Origin: Negaprion brevirostris
Lineage: Eukaryota
Length of the DNA: 64,000 nucleotides
Assembly (NCBI GenBank): GCA_030324005.1
Contig: JARDVH010000025.1
Location: forward strand, 73,338,803-73,402,802
Direction of reading: 5' to 3'
The notes under the pieces were generated by a model. The model ran no database searches, was not told the DNA's origin, and saw only the letters and a list, made by a program, of their open reading frames with translations. The position numbers and the translations under genes were made by a program. Shown one piece after another: positions 12,957 through 26,434 of this stretch (position 1 is its first letter; each line of letters opens with the position of its first letter).

Positions 12957-13380
12957 GAATCTCATCATTCCTTCTTGACATTCAACACTACTGTCATTGC
13001 TGAATTCTCCACCATCAATATTGTGTAGAAGCATAATTGAATCAGCCATATAAATACTGTAACTACAAGAACAGGTAAGAAGCTGGGAAACCCTGAGCAA
13101 GTAACTCACCCCCTGACTCATGTCCATTATCTACAAGGCGCAAGTCCAGAGTGTGATTACAATTGCCTTAATGGTTGCAGCACCAACAATGCTTAACAGT
13201 CCTCACAGCATCCTGGACAAAGCTTCTTGAATGATACCCAATCCACCATCTTCAACATTCACTCCCTCCACCACTGGCCTATAGTGGCAACAGTGGGTTC
13301 CATATGCATCTGTGGCAACTTGCCAAGGCTCCTTTGGCAGCAGCTTCCAAACCTATGACCTGGGCCACCTGGAAGGACAG
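12957..13380 (+). mobile_element. CR1/L2-group LINE fragment
   Basis: Reverse-complement counterpart of 60600-61030 (CTACAAGGCGCAAGTC..GCAGCACCAACAA..CATTCACTCCCTCCACCAC). Confidence 0.75.
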
Positions 13381-15550
13381 AAGATCATTCGACCCATTGA
13401 ACTTATATTGACTCTTTTCAAAAGAGCACTCTAGATATTCACACTCACCTGCTCTTTCCCCATATCCCTACAATTCTTTTTCCCTTTCAGTTATTTATAC
13501 AATTCTCTTCTGAAAATTATTGGGCACTATATTACAAATCCTAACAATTCATTGCATAAAAATAATTTTTCTTGTGTTGCCACAGATGTAAAGTGGATTG
13601 GAAGATTTGGCCAGCAGCTCTGTGATTTCTACCCTTACTACTTCTGAACAACCTTGGTTGCATTCAATTCATCCATTTAATTCATTCCACTTTAAGCACC
13701 GTTAGCTTTCCAAGCACCCCACTTTATATCTATTATTTCATTCAATTACTCAGCAACCTCCTTGTTTACCACAGCTTTGGAAAAGTTCTGTTCTTTAGTG
13801 AACACTGATGCAAAACGCCTATCAAGTTCCTCAGGCACTTAGACTGTCTCCAACAGTATTTCTCCACTTTAATGCCTAATCAACCTCACTACCCTTCTGG
13901 TAACCTTTTTATTGTTAATTTACTTGTGGAACATTTCTGGATGTTATGTCAGCCAAAAATCTAATCTTGTACAGTCTTTTCTCCCTTCTTGTTTCCTTTT
14001 ACACTTCTCTTCTGTACTTTTTAATCAGCCTGATTCTCTCTTGTATTATTAAGTTGACATTGTTGTATCCTTTTTTTCAGATGCATCCTATTTTTGAATT
14101 CTTTCATCATCCAGGAAACTCTGGCTTTTATCCTACCTTTTTGCTCTTGTAAGCATGTACTTCGACTGTACCTAACCCATCTCACCTTTAAAGCGAAGGC
14201 ATTACTGCATATCATTCTGCTTAACAGTCATTACCACCAATTTACCAGGACCAAAATATCTCTCAATTTTCTGACATTAGCTCCCTTCCAGTTAAGTATT
14301 TTTATTCTCGATTTCTCTGATTGTCTTCAATGATTCATCTAATCTTTACAATAATGTAATTACTATTTCCCTGACTCTGACATTCTCCACTTGACCCCCC
14401 TTCATTCTCCAGCATTAGATCAAGCAATACCTCCTTCCTCATTGGGCAGGAAGATTACTGATTGAGAAATTTCTTCTGAATATGTTGCAGACATCTTTCC
14501 CCTTCTATGTCCTTTGCACAATATGATCCCACTTAATTCGGTATTTTTTCTAACTCTGTCCCTCCCAGCCATCTGTGTACCTTGTTTCTATTTTTAATGC
14601 TACTTCCTATGTGCAGCCTCTGCCAAATTAAACGCACGTTCACAGTGCTAATTAACCTGCCATATGATCCCAGCTCGATGTTGGCGCAATTTGCTTATCT
14701 TGAAACATTCCTCTTACTATTGAACTTGTTCCAATGTCCCTAATCTGAAACCACCCCCCAGCTCTCTCCCAGTCCCCCACATCCTGTGCCATGACCTAGC
14801 TGTGCATTAACCTGCCATATACTCTTTTTTCTNNNNNNGGGCACTGGAAGTAATCGTTTGAGATCATGCTTTTTAACTTACTGCCAAGTTCCTTAAGCTC
14901 TTAGTACAGGACTTCAACCCTCTTTCTCGTTGCGTGTTGATTCTGACATGGACCGTGACTTTTTGTTCTGTCCTTTTACTTTTCTTTATTTCCCCCTGAA
15001 GAATGGTCTGCATCCTGTCAGTGATGTCCTGCACCCTGGCCATAGCCAGGCAGTAAACCTTAAAGTCTTATAATAATAGTAACAGAATTTCCTGACTGTC
15101 TCTTGGACCATTGAATTCCTTATTGATGCTGAATTACTCATTAAACCCTCATCCTCTGCTGCCTTTTCCCAGGCTTGGGACTGCAAGCCTGTGGCATCTT
15201 GTCATCTTTGTGGGAGTTAGATGTTGAATATCTGTTTGAGTGGCCACACACCAGAAGAATTCCAGCATTACCTACTTCTTTCTAATCTTGCGGGTTGTAA
15301 CCCACCTGCAGTTTTGACTGGTGGCTGACCATCTCCTGAACCCTGTCACCTTGGAAACTTCCTGCCACTGTGAAGTGAATGCAGTTGCCCATTGAGCTCT
15401 GAAACCCTCAGCATGAGTTAGAGCAGCTGGAGAAAGTTCCTGCAAACATGGGCCTCCAGAACACAGTGTTGTGAAGTTCTCACGTGGCTCAGGAATTGCA
15501 GGTTGTGGGTCATGGCAGTCCCTCCATTCAGAATAGAAACTTAAAACCAT
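13380..15550 (-). mobile_element. Degenerate CR1 LINE with ORF1 esterase and ORF2 remnants
   Basis: 3' UTR near 13390, ORF2 remnants at 13600-14500, and ARVQDIT (SGNH-esterase ORF1 motif) at about 15020-15040 on the minus strand. Confidence 0.65.
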
Positions 15551-15594
15551 CTCATAAATCTTTGTTAATTAGGTTCAATTTTTCGAGCTGAAAA

Positions 15595-16020
15595 CAATTT
15601 GCAACAACAATGTAGAGTTGTATCGTACCTTGAAAGCAATGAAACATCCCAGGGTGTTTCACAGGAATGTTATAAGACAAGGTATGATATCGAGCTACGT
15701 AAAGAGACATTAGGTCAGATGACTAAAAGCTTGGTCAAGGAGATAGGCTTTANNNNNNNNNNAGGAAAACAAGGCAGAGAGGTGTAGGGAGGAAATTCCA
15801 GAGGTTGGGGCCTCGGCAGCTGAAGGCAAAGCCACCAATAGTGGAACAGTTTAAAATTTGGAGCCTGAATAAGAGAAATGCAGACATCTTGGAGGATTGT
15901 AGGGTTAGAGTAGATTACATAGACACGGGGGGCTGCTGGGGCAAGTCGATGGAAGGATTTGAAAACAAGGATAAGAATTTAAAAGTCTGTACCTTGCTTG
16001 TCAGTGAGCACAGGGGTAGT
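15595..16020 (-). mobile_element. L2-type LINE 3' end
   Basis: GACTAAAAGCTTGGTCAAGGAGATAGG..GGAAATTCCAGAG..GGCAGCTGAAGGCA; other copies at 38915-39290 and 44690-45130. Confidence 0.75.
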
Positions 16021-16149
16021 AGTAGTAGATGGTGGGGAGGTCACTTGATGGATTTTACGTGCCCGCCCATCAAACTCACTGGTAAGGTAGTGAAAACCAA
16101 ATCCATAAAGGACCACTGAACACAAAATATGTACGTATTAAATATTTAG

Positions 16150-16430
16150 GTTGTTATCTTAGAAGCTATCAGTTCATGGAACCATTGCTTTGGAGTTGGA
16201 CACGAGGAGCCATCTTCTTCCTTTGCACTGAATTCCGATTATTTCCAAATTCTTAGCATCCAATCTGCTTGTGATCCATTCCGATTATGTTTCACTTAGC
16301 TCTGACTCCAGGGTCTCTAATCTTTCTAATATCTTTGAGCTGCTTTGTCAAAATGTTGTAAGCGCTGCAGGATTACTTCAGCAGCATCTGCCCCTCCTGG
16401 TGATGGTGATCGCCATCTTGGTGATGGTCC
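16150..16430 (-). mobile_element. Possible L1-clade 5' end / ORF1 relic
   Basis: Minus strand has CAAGATGGCG (YY1-type motif typical of L1 5' ends), then KILERLETLESELSE..KNLEIIGIQ..EEDG..PTPKQWFHELI, resembling the L1 ORF1p coiled coil and RRNNLRIIGIPE motif. Confidence 0.45.
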
Positions 16431-17179
16431 TTCCATCACCAAGAAGAACATAAGTAGCAATGCTATAGAAACACCACCATCTCTATATTTGCCTTCACAT
16501 CACGTACTGCCCCGATTTGGACAGGTATCGCTGTTCCTTCATTATTCTGAGTTCCTTTCTGAAAAGCATTACGGGAGGATGATTGCCACAAGGATTGTCG
16601 TGAATCAAGGACTCGGTCAACCATTAATTTCTCTGGGTATTGAGGAATGGAAGATAACTGTGGCCTTGTTGATATTACCACATACTAAGAAAAAAATAAA
16701 AATTAATGCAATAAGACTTTGCTTGATACTTTCACAACACAAAAGCAACAGATTAACATATTATAGACACTAAATGACCCCAGTTACTGTTAAAATAGCA
16801 AATTTTCAAGTAGTAATTTTTATTTGATGGAGAAAATGGTTTAGCACTTTGGCACTCTTTGTTTCCAGAAGAGTACAGAAAGAACTGGCACCGACAGTTC
16901 TGAAAGGAAGAACGCTGAGTTCATTCGAACTGCCTGAAAATATTTAGTACGTTATTTTTGGGAGAATTCTGTAATTTTCCAAAGTTAACAGAAACTAAGA
17001 TGTTAGGTTTCAGGACATTTGGGTGTATGCTGGCTCCCTTAATCTTAAAACAAACTCTCAGGAAGTGAAAGGTTTTAGTCTATTGATATATTTATTTTCT
17101 ATCCGTTTGTAACAGTTCTTTCTGAGCTACTGATCTTTATACCAGATTTGTCTGAAGAACTTTGCATCAGTTCAGGCAT

Positions 17180-18070
17180 GCAACTTATATACCTTCAGGT
17201 CATCTTCAGAAGGTGTCTATTACATACCCACGCTGATGGAAAGCTTTGCTCGTCTGAGATCCAACACAAACGTGCACAATGTTCTCCTCATCAGAGTTCC
17301 TTTGCACTAGTGATGCTGTGCTAGCATTTATGAGCAATAGCAAATGGACATATTCTCCTGTCTGTAGAGAGTTTGGTTTGACCATCAGCTTCAGAGAGAC
17401 AATTGTTGCCACCCTTCAGCGTTGACAGTATGGCACTGGAGGCTGTTGATAGCCATAGGCCCCACAATCACCAGAAATATGCCACTTGATGCAGAAATCA
17501 ACGTACATATCGTAAAAGTGCAGCTGTTATTTCCAAAGTCAGTAAGAAAGTGTTGAACAACAGCAACTTAACAAGGACACAAAACTGCAAGTCCAGCAAG
17601 CTTGCAGCCTCAGCACACTGCTCTACAGTGGTGAGACCGGGACAGTGTATGCTGGGAACAAGAAAAGCCTGAGCAGTTTTCACCTTCACTGCCTCAAACA
17701 TATCCTGGACAAAGCCACCAGCTCTGAATTCCTGGAACATGCTAATTCATTCAGCATACACTTCTTAGTAAGCCAACAATGCCTGCGCTGGTTCGGCCAC
17801 ATTCATTAGATGGATGATGACCACACACTCAAAGACCTTCTGTATGGTTAATTGGGCACAGGGTCATACCTCCACAACAACGATACCTGTAAGTGAGATA
17901 TGAAGATGGTGGACATTGACAGCTGGGAGACAGTGGCTGATGGCCCTGGTCTCTGGAGGTTGGTTGTTTGAAGGATCATTGGAAAAGCTCAACTGACTGA
18001 GAAGAAGGCCAGGAGAAAATAAGAGGGCAGCAAATTGAGCACCTTCTCAGTGCACTTTCGTCCTCTGCAG
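17180..18070 (+). mobile_element. RTE-clade (BovB/Expander-like) LINE RT relic
   Basis: LHTHADGKL..ARLRSNTNV..DAVLA..CREFGLTIS..LYSGET..LRWFGHIH*MDDDH..KDLLYG motifs. Confidence 0.85.
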
Positions 18071-18479
18071 CAAGTGTGACAGAGACTGCCATGCTGGAGT
18101 GAGGCTTTTGAGTCACCCCAGGCAATGCCTAATACAGAGTTGACCATCAGAATGCAAACAATTGTCTTACAGGATGGAAGGCCAGCACAATATTGTCTGA
18201 ACAACATCTTCACTGTTCCACTTATGATGGCTCTTGCAGGTGCTAATTATATCAGAATCAGGATGACAGAATTATTAAATGGTAGGACCTTGTAAATCCA
18301 GCTCATGTTGGAAGGATGAATGTCTGAACTCACTGCCATTTTGGAAATAAATTTGGGAAACTTTACTGTGAGCAAAAAGTACACAACGTCACACTGCAGC
18401 AATTCAGGGCCAATTAGAAGCATCATCAGAGACCACAAAGATTGCAGTTGTGAAAGAAAATCACAGTAGGTGTGAATTC

Positions 18480-18595
18480 CACTGGTGGGATTTTCTGGTC
18501 CCACCGACGGCCACTCCCTGTTGCGGGTTCTCCAGTGGTGAAGGGTGCGAACGATGGGAAATCCCACTGACAGTGGGATGGGGAGATTTCCCCTT
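18480..18595. mobile_element. Short GC-rich MITE-like relic
   Basis: GGTGGGATTTTCTGGTCCCACCGAC ... GACAGTGGGATGGGGAGATTTCCCC imperfect inverted ends, CpG-rich. Confidence 0.5.
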
Positions 18596-21174
18596 ATGCT
18601 TCTCACCACCAACTGTGTATTTGGACATTCCTGATCCTTATATTCATTGGTATTTTTGTATCTTAAATTTAGTCCATTTTGTTGCAGCCTCTGCCATCGC
18701 TCATTACCCTCGAGTTGTCTTCATCTGCTTGCTCGCATCTCAACGTTGTCAAACTGTGCTGTCACTATCCCCGTTCTTTGTAGTTTTGTCCCATTGACCC
18801 CTCAACCATCCAGTTACTTATTTTACCCTTTATCCATGAAGCATATACTCACCCTTGTGCATTGCAACTCCTGGACATCCAACTTTATTTTTTCACCTGA
18901 ATTGCTTGTTAACATTATTAACTCTGTCCCTCGTGCTCTTCTTTGTGTACACCTCCTTCAAAACTTTTATTATCACTGCTCAAGAAATCCAACCTTAAGC
19001 ATCCCCATTCTCTCCAAATGCCCTCTTTGTATCTAAAACCCAGATTANNNNNNNNNNNNNNNNCTGATTATGCTGTTGCCTTACGTTACTGCTTCACTCA
19101 CCACTTTCACCTAAACATAGTAGCAAAACAGCACTGATGAGTTGGATCCATTGTGAATCTGAATCTTGATGATGCGTGTCAATAGCAAATGAAAAAGAAA
19201 ATCCATGACTATCCTGCTGTACTTTAACTTTAGTGATTTCCTTCTGCTCTATAGCCATGCCAGCACCCTCCCCTCTTCTAATTCTAGATTTTTCATTCCC
19301 TCTCCTTTATCTGCTGTTGTTTGTTCAGCCACTGTGTCGCAATTTTCTGACATTATTTGCCTCCAATTTGCCATTGCCCTCCTGATTTGGATATAGAAGT
19401 AGAGATGAGTTTGCCCTTGGCTTAAACTAATGCCCTATCAAGAATTAAAAAATGGCTTGATGGGAAAGGTATGTGCTCCCATCTCATGAATAAGAGACAG
19501 TTTGACTGTAGTGACAGGTCCTTCTTGAACTAGGGTGCAATTGAATTACCTGCTTGGCGCCCTTGTTGTCGATCCTGTGGTTACCCTTAGGAGCCACTCA
19601 TAATTTAGTGCATTCTGATTTTGTGTTGGTGCACAACCAAGTCTTCCAAACCTTTCACAAAATGCAAGTTGATGTGAAGGATGAGGCTGCAAACAAAGCC
19701 TTCAATTGCTCTGCTCTGTAAGCAGTGAGCTCTTAATATTGATACTTAATTTGTTGCTGATCGAGAAGTCTCTACGTCCAATATTTTTGACTTTTGCAAC
19801 TTTGCAAGTACTATGAAACGTGCTATTACTGTTGACATGAAAAAGTAGCCTGCATTTTAAGATCGTCATAAAGGATATTTTCATTCCATCCTTGTTGGCT
19901 GAATACTATGCACTCAATTTGAATACTGTATTTTGGATCATTCTTGAAGTGGAGAGGAGGAGCTGCAGAGATAGATTCAGAGTTAAGACCATTAAATGCA
20001 ATACCTATTCTGTGGAATCAGTTTTGCTGTGTCTTTAAATGGTAGTGAGTAGAGAACTTGTGAATCCTAACAAAGTGTGGTATATGACTGAATTAGGAGC
20101 AATGTGAAAACTATCACAAACATTTTAAAAACTCTTAATGATTTGCATAAGGAAGCTCAGAAGTGAGATTCGTTTGTTGTCACATTCCATATTGTATTAT
20201 GCAATTCATCATTATATGAATAACTATAAAATTATATTAATAAAAACAACTGCATGCATAATTCATCTGCAGTGGTTATTAGCAGCTCCAGTTCAGCTGA
20301 TATCCCAGGAATCTGAAACCCTCCCTCTCACACCACCTCTTCAGCCTCATATTTATATGAGGTGCCCTCTGGGCACTGGAAATGTTCTTGGCTCCTCACA
20401 TAGACGAGGAAGAGCACACCACTGCTTTGAACTCTCCTATCCCTTTAAATTAAAACCGTTGGACGATATGTAATATCAAATAACATTAATTACTCTATGC
20501 TCCCTCTTCCTTGCTTCTCATTATTACAGAATATATTCCTTACAAACAATGACTCACAAAATAAGATTTTAAAAACTATATGTGATGCAAGTAGCAAACA
20601 CTTAACTGACCATACTCACCCAATCAGCTGCTTTCAGTTTCCTGCATCACTTTTGAATCCTGACCTCACCTCAGGAGATCCAAACGAGCAATTCGCTCTC
20701 AGTCTTGCTCTTTCTTACTCTCCTTTACCAATCAAGCTCCCCTCTCAGCTTTGCCCTTTGCTCCTTTATCCTCCCTGTTCTGCTCTCCAAGTTTATCCTA
20801 TTTTGTCTTAACTTAGTTTAAATTTACTTCTCAATTTCAGTGATTCTTACTGAAATTCAAGGCACTACTTCTTTATAAATTATATATCTTATTTTAAGCT
20901 ATCCAAACACAATCCCTAACAGCAGCCAATCAATGAACTTATTGTTTTCCTGTGATGTCACACCTGGATTTCTTTCACAAACTCAGTCTGCTACCTCACT
21001 ACAAGGTCCGATTGTCTCTGCTCTCAAAAGGTAAGTGAAGGCCACAATCCTCGCTCTTTTTATTCTCTTCCCTGTAAAGGTGTCCCTCACAGGCCCTGCT
21101 TTCTCCCAAAAGGTAGATCATTTGTTTTCTTCAGGCCCTCTCTCCCTATTCCTCCTTTATAAACTGTTGATCTC

Positions 21175-21310
21175 AACATCTCCCGGTTCTGATGAAAGAT
21201 CATCGAAAGGAGCTGTTAATGCTAACTTCCTCTTCACAGATCTGCCTCGCCTCCTCTGTTTTCTGTTTTTATTTCCGATTTCCAGCATCTACAGTATTTT
21301 GCTTTCTTTC
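21175..21310 (+). mobile_element. Penelope pLTR fragment with hammerhead-like core
   Basis: GTTCTGATGAAAGATCATCGAAA followed by the pLTR body ..CACAGATC..GATTTCCAGCATCTACAGTATTTTGCTTT. Confidence 0.7.
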
Positions 21311-21719
21311 CTGATGCATTTCTTTGTTTCTTAATGTTACATGATTAAGCTGTGTCATCTTATCTCATAATGAAAGCTGCACAATATGTACAGAGGTGAA
21401 TTTGTTCATGTAAGTGAACAGTCATCATGCAATCAATATCATCTGTGTGGTATTGTCTATGAATTTTTCTGTCAAACTCAAAGTTATTGGGAAATCATCT
21501 GCTAAAGTGTTTTATATGGTTTATTTATTGAAGGGGAGCTACAAGAAATGCAGAATCTGTATTCAAGTAGGTGTAGAATGAAAGGATTGTTTAATAGCAT
21601 GATATTTTGCGCAAGATAAAACAAATGGTCCTTTTTTAAGAGTTGCCATTGCTTCTGGTTAATCACTTGCTCACTAAATAACGCTACCTAGGTTTCTTAC
21701 TTTCTTTCAACATTGAATA

Positions 21720-22560
21720 TTCCAAGTATCCAAGGCCTTGAATCCTGTGGCTGACAGAAGAATTTTCCTGAATTTAAATTATCCATTGTCGTGAAAATCT
21801 TGAAGACTTGTCTGCTCCTCATTTTTACTGAGTAAACTTTCACCGTACACAAACTTTCATATGACGCCATCCTGTAACTTCAGATATTAGCCCTTCACAG
21901 TCCACTTCTTTGTTAGCTCTAACAATTTGCATCTTTCCTGTGATGTGGAGACCAAAATGAAATACAACATTCTAGATGTAATCTCACTGAAGCCAGTATG
22001 ACTTGTAAATAATCCCATTCAATTCACGTACTAGCATTTATTTGCTTTCTTCATTCAGTGATAACTTTGAACTTGTTGTTCTACCAACCTTTCTATCAAA
22101 ACTCTTTGGCACTTCTTTTGCTTTGCTGTCTATACCCTATGACTTCATGCTCAGCCATCTTGAACTCTGTATTTCATCTTTCTGCCCCTGGCCTGGCCTG
22201 TCCGGGTTCCTCTGGATGGTTGATCGTTACTGATCACTGGAACAAACTCTGTACTGTATGCTAATTTACATACCTTGAATAACTGCACCCACTAAGTTGG
22301 TTAAAAAAAAATGTCGAAAGGCACAGCAACCCCAATATCAACGCCTGTAGGACTCTACAAACCAAGTAAGGAGTTTGCACTTTGAATGCTCACTGGAGAC
22401 CTCTGCCCTTTGTTACTGACCTTTCAGCCAAAAATATGTTCATTAAGTACAGAAGGTGGGGCGATGATTGCTCTAAGGTAGCCGTGCAAATCGGTGCTAA
22501 TAATTTGAACCTGCCATTATCTAACTATTCCTGCATTGAATTAATATGTTATGTTGGCAC
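21720..22560 (-). mobile_element. Ancient CR1/L2 RT relic
   Basis: Reverse complement gives a GVPQGSILG-like motif (RVLQALILG) near 22330-22360 and a LEC/WSPH-like motif near 21945-21975. Confidence 0.55.
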
Positions 22561-23129
22561 TTAGATATTCTTCCTACCTTATTGAGAGTATTTTTTCTTC
22601 TAAAGTGTCACAATTCTAGTCTTGTTCAATATCAAGAGAAAAACGTTTCTCTATGGTATTTATAACTAATTTCTATGAATTGAATTGTGAAGTTTCGAAG
22701 ACTTTTTTTTATTTTGCAAAGCACAATTGAATACAAGTCAAGTGTGAATGGAAATTTCATTCTGTTTGTTTGAATATCTGAAACAGTACACTTAAGGGAG
22801 TAGCAACTCTGAGATGCATAAAACTCTTCGCAATATAAAGCAAATGACTACTTAACTATATTTGCTGGACCCATTACTTTTAGTGTACCTTCAATTTGTG
22901 GAGAACTGGTGTAATTTTGTTGATTAGCAAAATGCACTTACATCAGTGCAGTTTGTTATTGCCAGGGCCTGCTCCTCATGGCAACAGTCAGAGCCATCAT
23001 ACTGTTTTTAGTTATTATCATGGATGGTGTATGAGTCAAAGTGCACTTTCATGCACTTAAGGCTATATTTAATGGAGATGACAGGCCTCACCCTTGACTG
23101 GAGGGCACAGGCTGATGGGGGTTCAACAC

Positions 23130-23400
23130 AGATTCAAATTCAAATCCCAGCATGGGTAGAATTTAAATGAAATTAATACATCTGGAATATAAAGCTAGTC
23201 ACAGTCACGGTGATCAGGAAACTATGATCGATTATCATAAAAATCTTTCTGATCCAATAATATTCTTTAATGAAGGAAATTAATCTTACCTGGCTTGTCC
23301 TGTGACTCCAGACCCATAGTAATTACTCTTAAATGCCCTCTGAAACTATCCAGTTTGAGATGGATCACAACTGCCAACAATACCCATATGATGGAAAAAA
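23130..23400 (+). mobile_element. tRNA-derived SINE (family of 26823-27180), degenerate
   Basis: TTCAAATCCCAGCATGG..AAAGCTAGTC..GAAGGAAAT..CTTACCTGG..TGTGACTCCAGACCCA. Confidence 0.7.
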
Positions 23401-24958
23401 AACTTCAAACCTCTGTTGATTTCACAATTAACAGGCAGTTTCTTGATTCACATTTCAGTTTGTTTGGGCTGATTAACACATCTTTTAACTTTCTTGTGCC
23501 TTTCCCGATTGAATTGATCCTTTCAAATCTTTGCATTTCTTTGAAGATTTTCATAAACTTCATTCTTCGAGGTTAAACCTTCTTAGCTGTTCCTTGTACG
23601 AGAACTTAATATCTTTATTTCTTGATGTTCCCCTCTCAGCTTTGTTTTAGTCAGTTCTATAAAGGGTAGATCATGCTTTTTGGTTCTGACAAAGGGTATG
23701 TATCTTCCTGGCATCTAGCTCTGTCTTTTTTCTGATGTTGACGGACCTGTAGTTTATTTTCAACACTTCCTCATTTTAATTCAGGTATTTTAGCATTTGT
23801 GGTGTTTCTGTTCATCTTACTTTGCTGAATGAGGTTTCCTCATTGGCTTCTGGAATTCCATAAACACACTAGCTCACAACTTAATATTAGCTGACAAAAA
23901 GTCAACATGTTAATCAATATCTTCCTCTGTGGGGTATTTTAATGGCAAGTGACTCCATTTAAAATAAACCTGGCTCTGCCTGTCCTAAAACAGTAGAAGA
24001 ATGTCAGATAAAAGCATTTAAATTTCATTAATACTATCAGAAAAAAGGTTGCTTTTAGGACATTGTGCTCGAGGGCATGAGGTTAGATACTGCAGTCCTG
24101 GTCCTTAAAAAGGGGGGAAAAAAACAAGAATCGGAAAATTTAGCACTAGTTTGGACTAATGTAAGTGCAGGGTTAGGCCCGTTTCTCACGAAGCTGGAAT
24201 TCTTTTGAGGAAGTAGCTAAGTTTGTAGAGGAGGCTGCTCAGTGATATAATTGAAAAGGTTTTTCAAAAAGCTTTGATAGAGTTCTTTATCTGAATATTT
24301 TGGAGATGAAAGTAATGGCACTCTGCAGCTGGATTGAAAACCTGTGTTAATAATGAAAAGCATTGTTTGCTTTGTAGTTTGTCCGTTTGGAAGAACAAGT
24401 AGTAGTAGAACTAATAAGAACAAATAGCATGAACTGCAGTGGTTCAAGAAGGTGTCTCACCACCACCTTCTCAAAGGTAATTAGGGGTGCGCGATAAATA
24501 CTGGCTTAACCAGCAATGCCTAAATGCTGTGAATGAATTTAAAAAAAATAATTTGAGGGTCCTGGAGAAAGTACGAGAGCACAACGGTAACACGTCATAA
24601 AATGTAGGCATGATTCAGATACACGCATTAAGGTTCCAGCAATAATGGTTATTTTCTCACACCTTTATTGAAATATGTTTTATGTTTATCTTTTACAGCA
24701 TTCCTGTTTCTCCCCTATCTCATACCCACCCTCAGCCATATGTTTAATGGCAGAGTACAAAGTGCAAAACGTTCAGAATAGACTTCAGAAAATTAAGTGT
24801 TTGATTATAGTTCAGACTAGAACTGCAAATCGGGAGTTTAACTGGAAAGGTGAAGAAAGGTAGGTGATCACAGAGTTGTGGGCCCTATTAAAAATGAACC
24901 CTGTTAAATCTTGCCCAAATCTGATATCTGTGGTTTATTTCTTCTAACTTGAAGTTGA

Positions 24959-25000
24959 AAGTGTAATGTAACATGGACTTGCCCATGTTACATTACACTT
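24959..25000. repeat. Perfect 18-bp inverted repeat with 6-nt spacer
   Basis: AAGTGTAATGTAACATGG-acttgc-CCATGTTACATTACACTT. Confidence 0.95.
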
Positions 25001-25159
25001 GTGCTGATTGCTATTACTTCATTTTTCGTACACACCTGACTGTGGAAGAAAGATCGTAGGTTGTACATAACTTTAGTTAAGTTAATAGAAGGTAAATCAA
25101 AAATTGCTGGAAATGCATCGTCAGTGATTACACATAAGGGAAAAGCTCAGTTAATGCTT

Positions 25160-26340
25160 CAGGTTTACACCTGATGGGGTTGAGGCCATTGAAGCCCCCG
25201 GATGGTCAGGACCATGGCTGACGATATCCACTGGGTACCCTGGCACTGCCCACTGAGCAACATAATCCCAAGGCAATGCTGAGGGGTGGGACCAGAGTGG
25301 GGGTGGGCCAATGATGGGGCTGGGGCACGGAGGTAACTGTACAGAAAGGGAAGACAAGGAGAGGAGCTTTGTCGGATGGAGGCAAAGGAAAAGCTCTGTG
25401 AGGAGGAGGCAAGGGTGAAGCTCTGTACTGGGGGTATGCAAGGGAGCTGATCAGCAGATGAATAGTGCTTTGCAAAGGGGGACATGCAGAGGGGTGATTG
25501 GCAAAGGGAGGCTAAGGAGAGGATGAGCGGCAGAGCAGGTCTTAGGGAGGACTCATCGGGAGGCTCCCGATGCTGGCGATTGTGTTGCCCTGGGGGTGGG
25601 GGTTTACACTGCCAATGAGTGGGGTGGGGGGCTTGATATCCTTGGAGGAGGTGTGATGGCTGGAGATCTCTGAGTGGACTGTGAGATTAGGGCGCCTGCG
25701 CAATGGCACCTCGAATAGTCGCCAGCTGGCTTCACCGACAAACTTAGTCTCCACCTCCGACTGGAATGAATCTGTCAACAACCAAAAAAATTTACAGTGT
25801 GGGAAGATTGTGCAGGTTTTATACTCCAGTTTTCAGGTTTTTATGACACTCAAATTTTTTTCATAAAATCATTCGAAGTGCCGAATAAGCGAGACAGTGG
25901 AAGAGAATAGCACTGGTTTTTTTGGGCAAGCTGCAAATTGCGACTTTGTCATTTAGTGCAAAAAAAAATTGCCAGGGTGCAATTTTCTCCAGCAGCAGTC
26001 GTGGCGGGATAGGGAGAGGCGCAGTGGATAGGCTCACTGGGGAAGCTAGCTGCTGAGCTCTTGCCCACCTGTATCACTGCTCCCCNNNNNNNNNNNNNNN
26101 NNNNNNNNNNNNNNNNNNNNNNNNNNNNNNNNNNNNNNNNNNNNNNCCCCACCCGCCCCCATCATAGATCCAGCCCCACTCTGGCCCAACCCCCTTGGCA
26201 CTGCCCTTGCACAATTATGGTCCCCAGCCTGGCAGTGCCAGGGAACCAGGCAGGCACTGATGGAGTGGCAACACAGATTGTCAGCATCAGGGCATCGGAA
26301 GCCTTTTGATGAGTCAACCCCCCTGCATGTTCCTCTTTTG
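25160..26340. mobile_element. GC-rich non-autonomous DNA-transposon relic(s), possibly Harbinger-related
   Basis: Abrupt GC rise; 25860-26050 resembles 42910-43100; CCCTGGCACTGCCC-type motifs recur. Confidence 0.5.
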
Positions 26341-26344
26341 CTAG

Positions 26345-26345
<1 letters not shown>

Positions 26346-26397
<52 letters not shown>
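26346..26397. repeat. (CA)26 microsatellite
   Basis: Read directly from the sequence. Confidence 0.98.
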
Positions 26398-26400
<3 letters not shown>

Positions 26401-26434
26401 CCTTTGCAATGGATTTGTCCTGTTTTTTCTGGCC

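Noticed and set aside
12462-13127. 221-aa and other long ORFs containing X runs (also near 3401, 26046, 40944 and 52586)
   Set aside because: Their length comes from N-runs, and the flanks are repeats
23284-23295. CTTACCTGG resembling the U1 snRNA 5' end
   Set aside because: Part of the SINE core also seen near 27012; no U1 body follows
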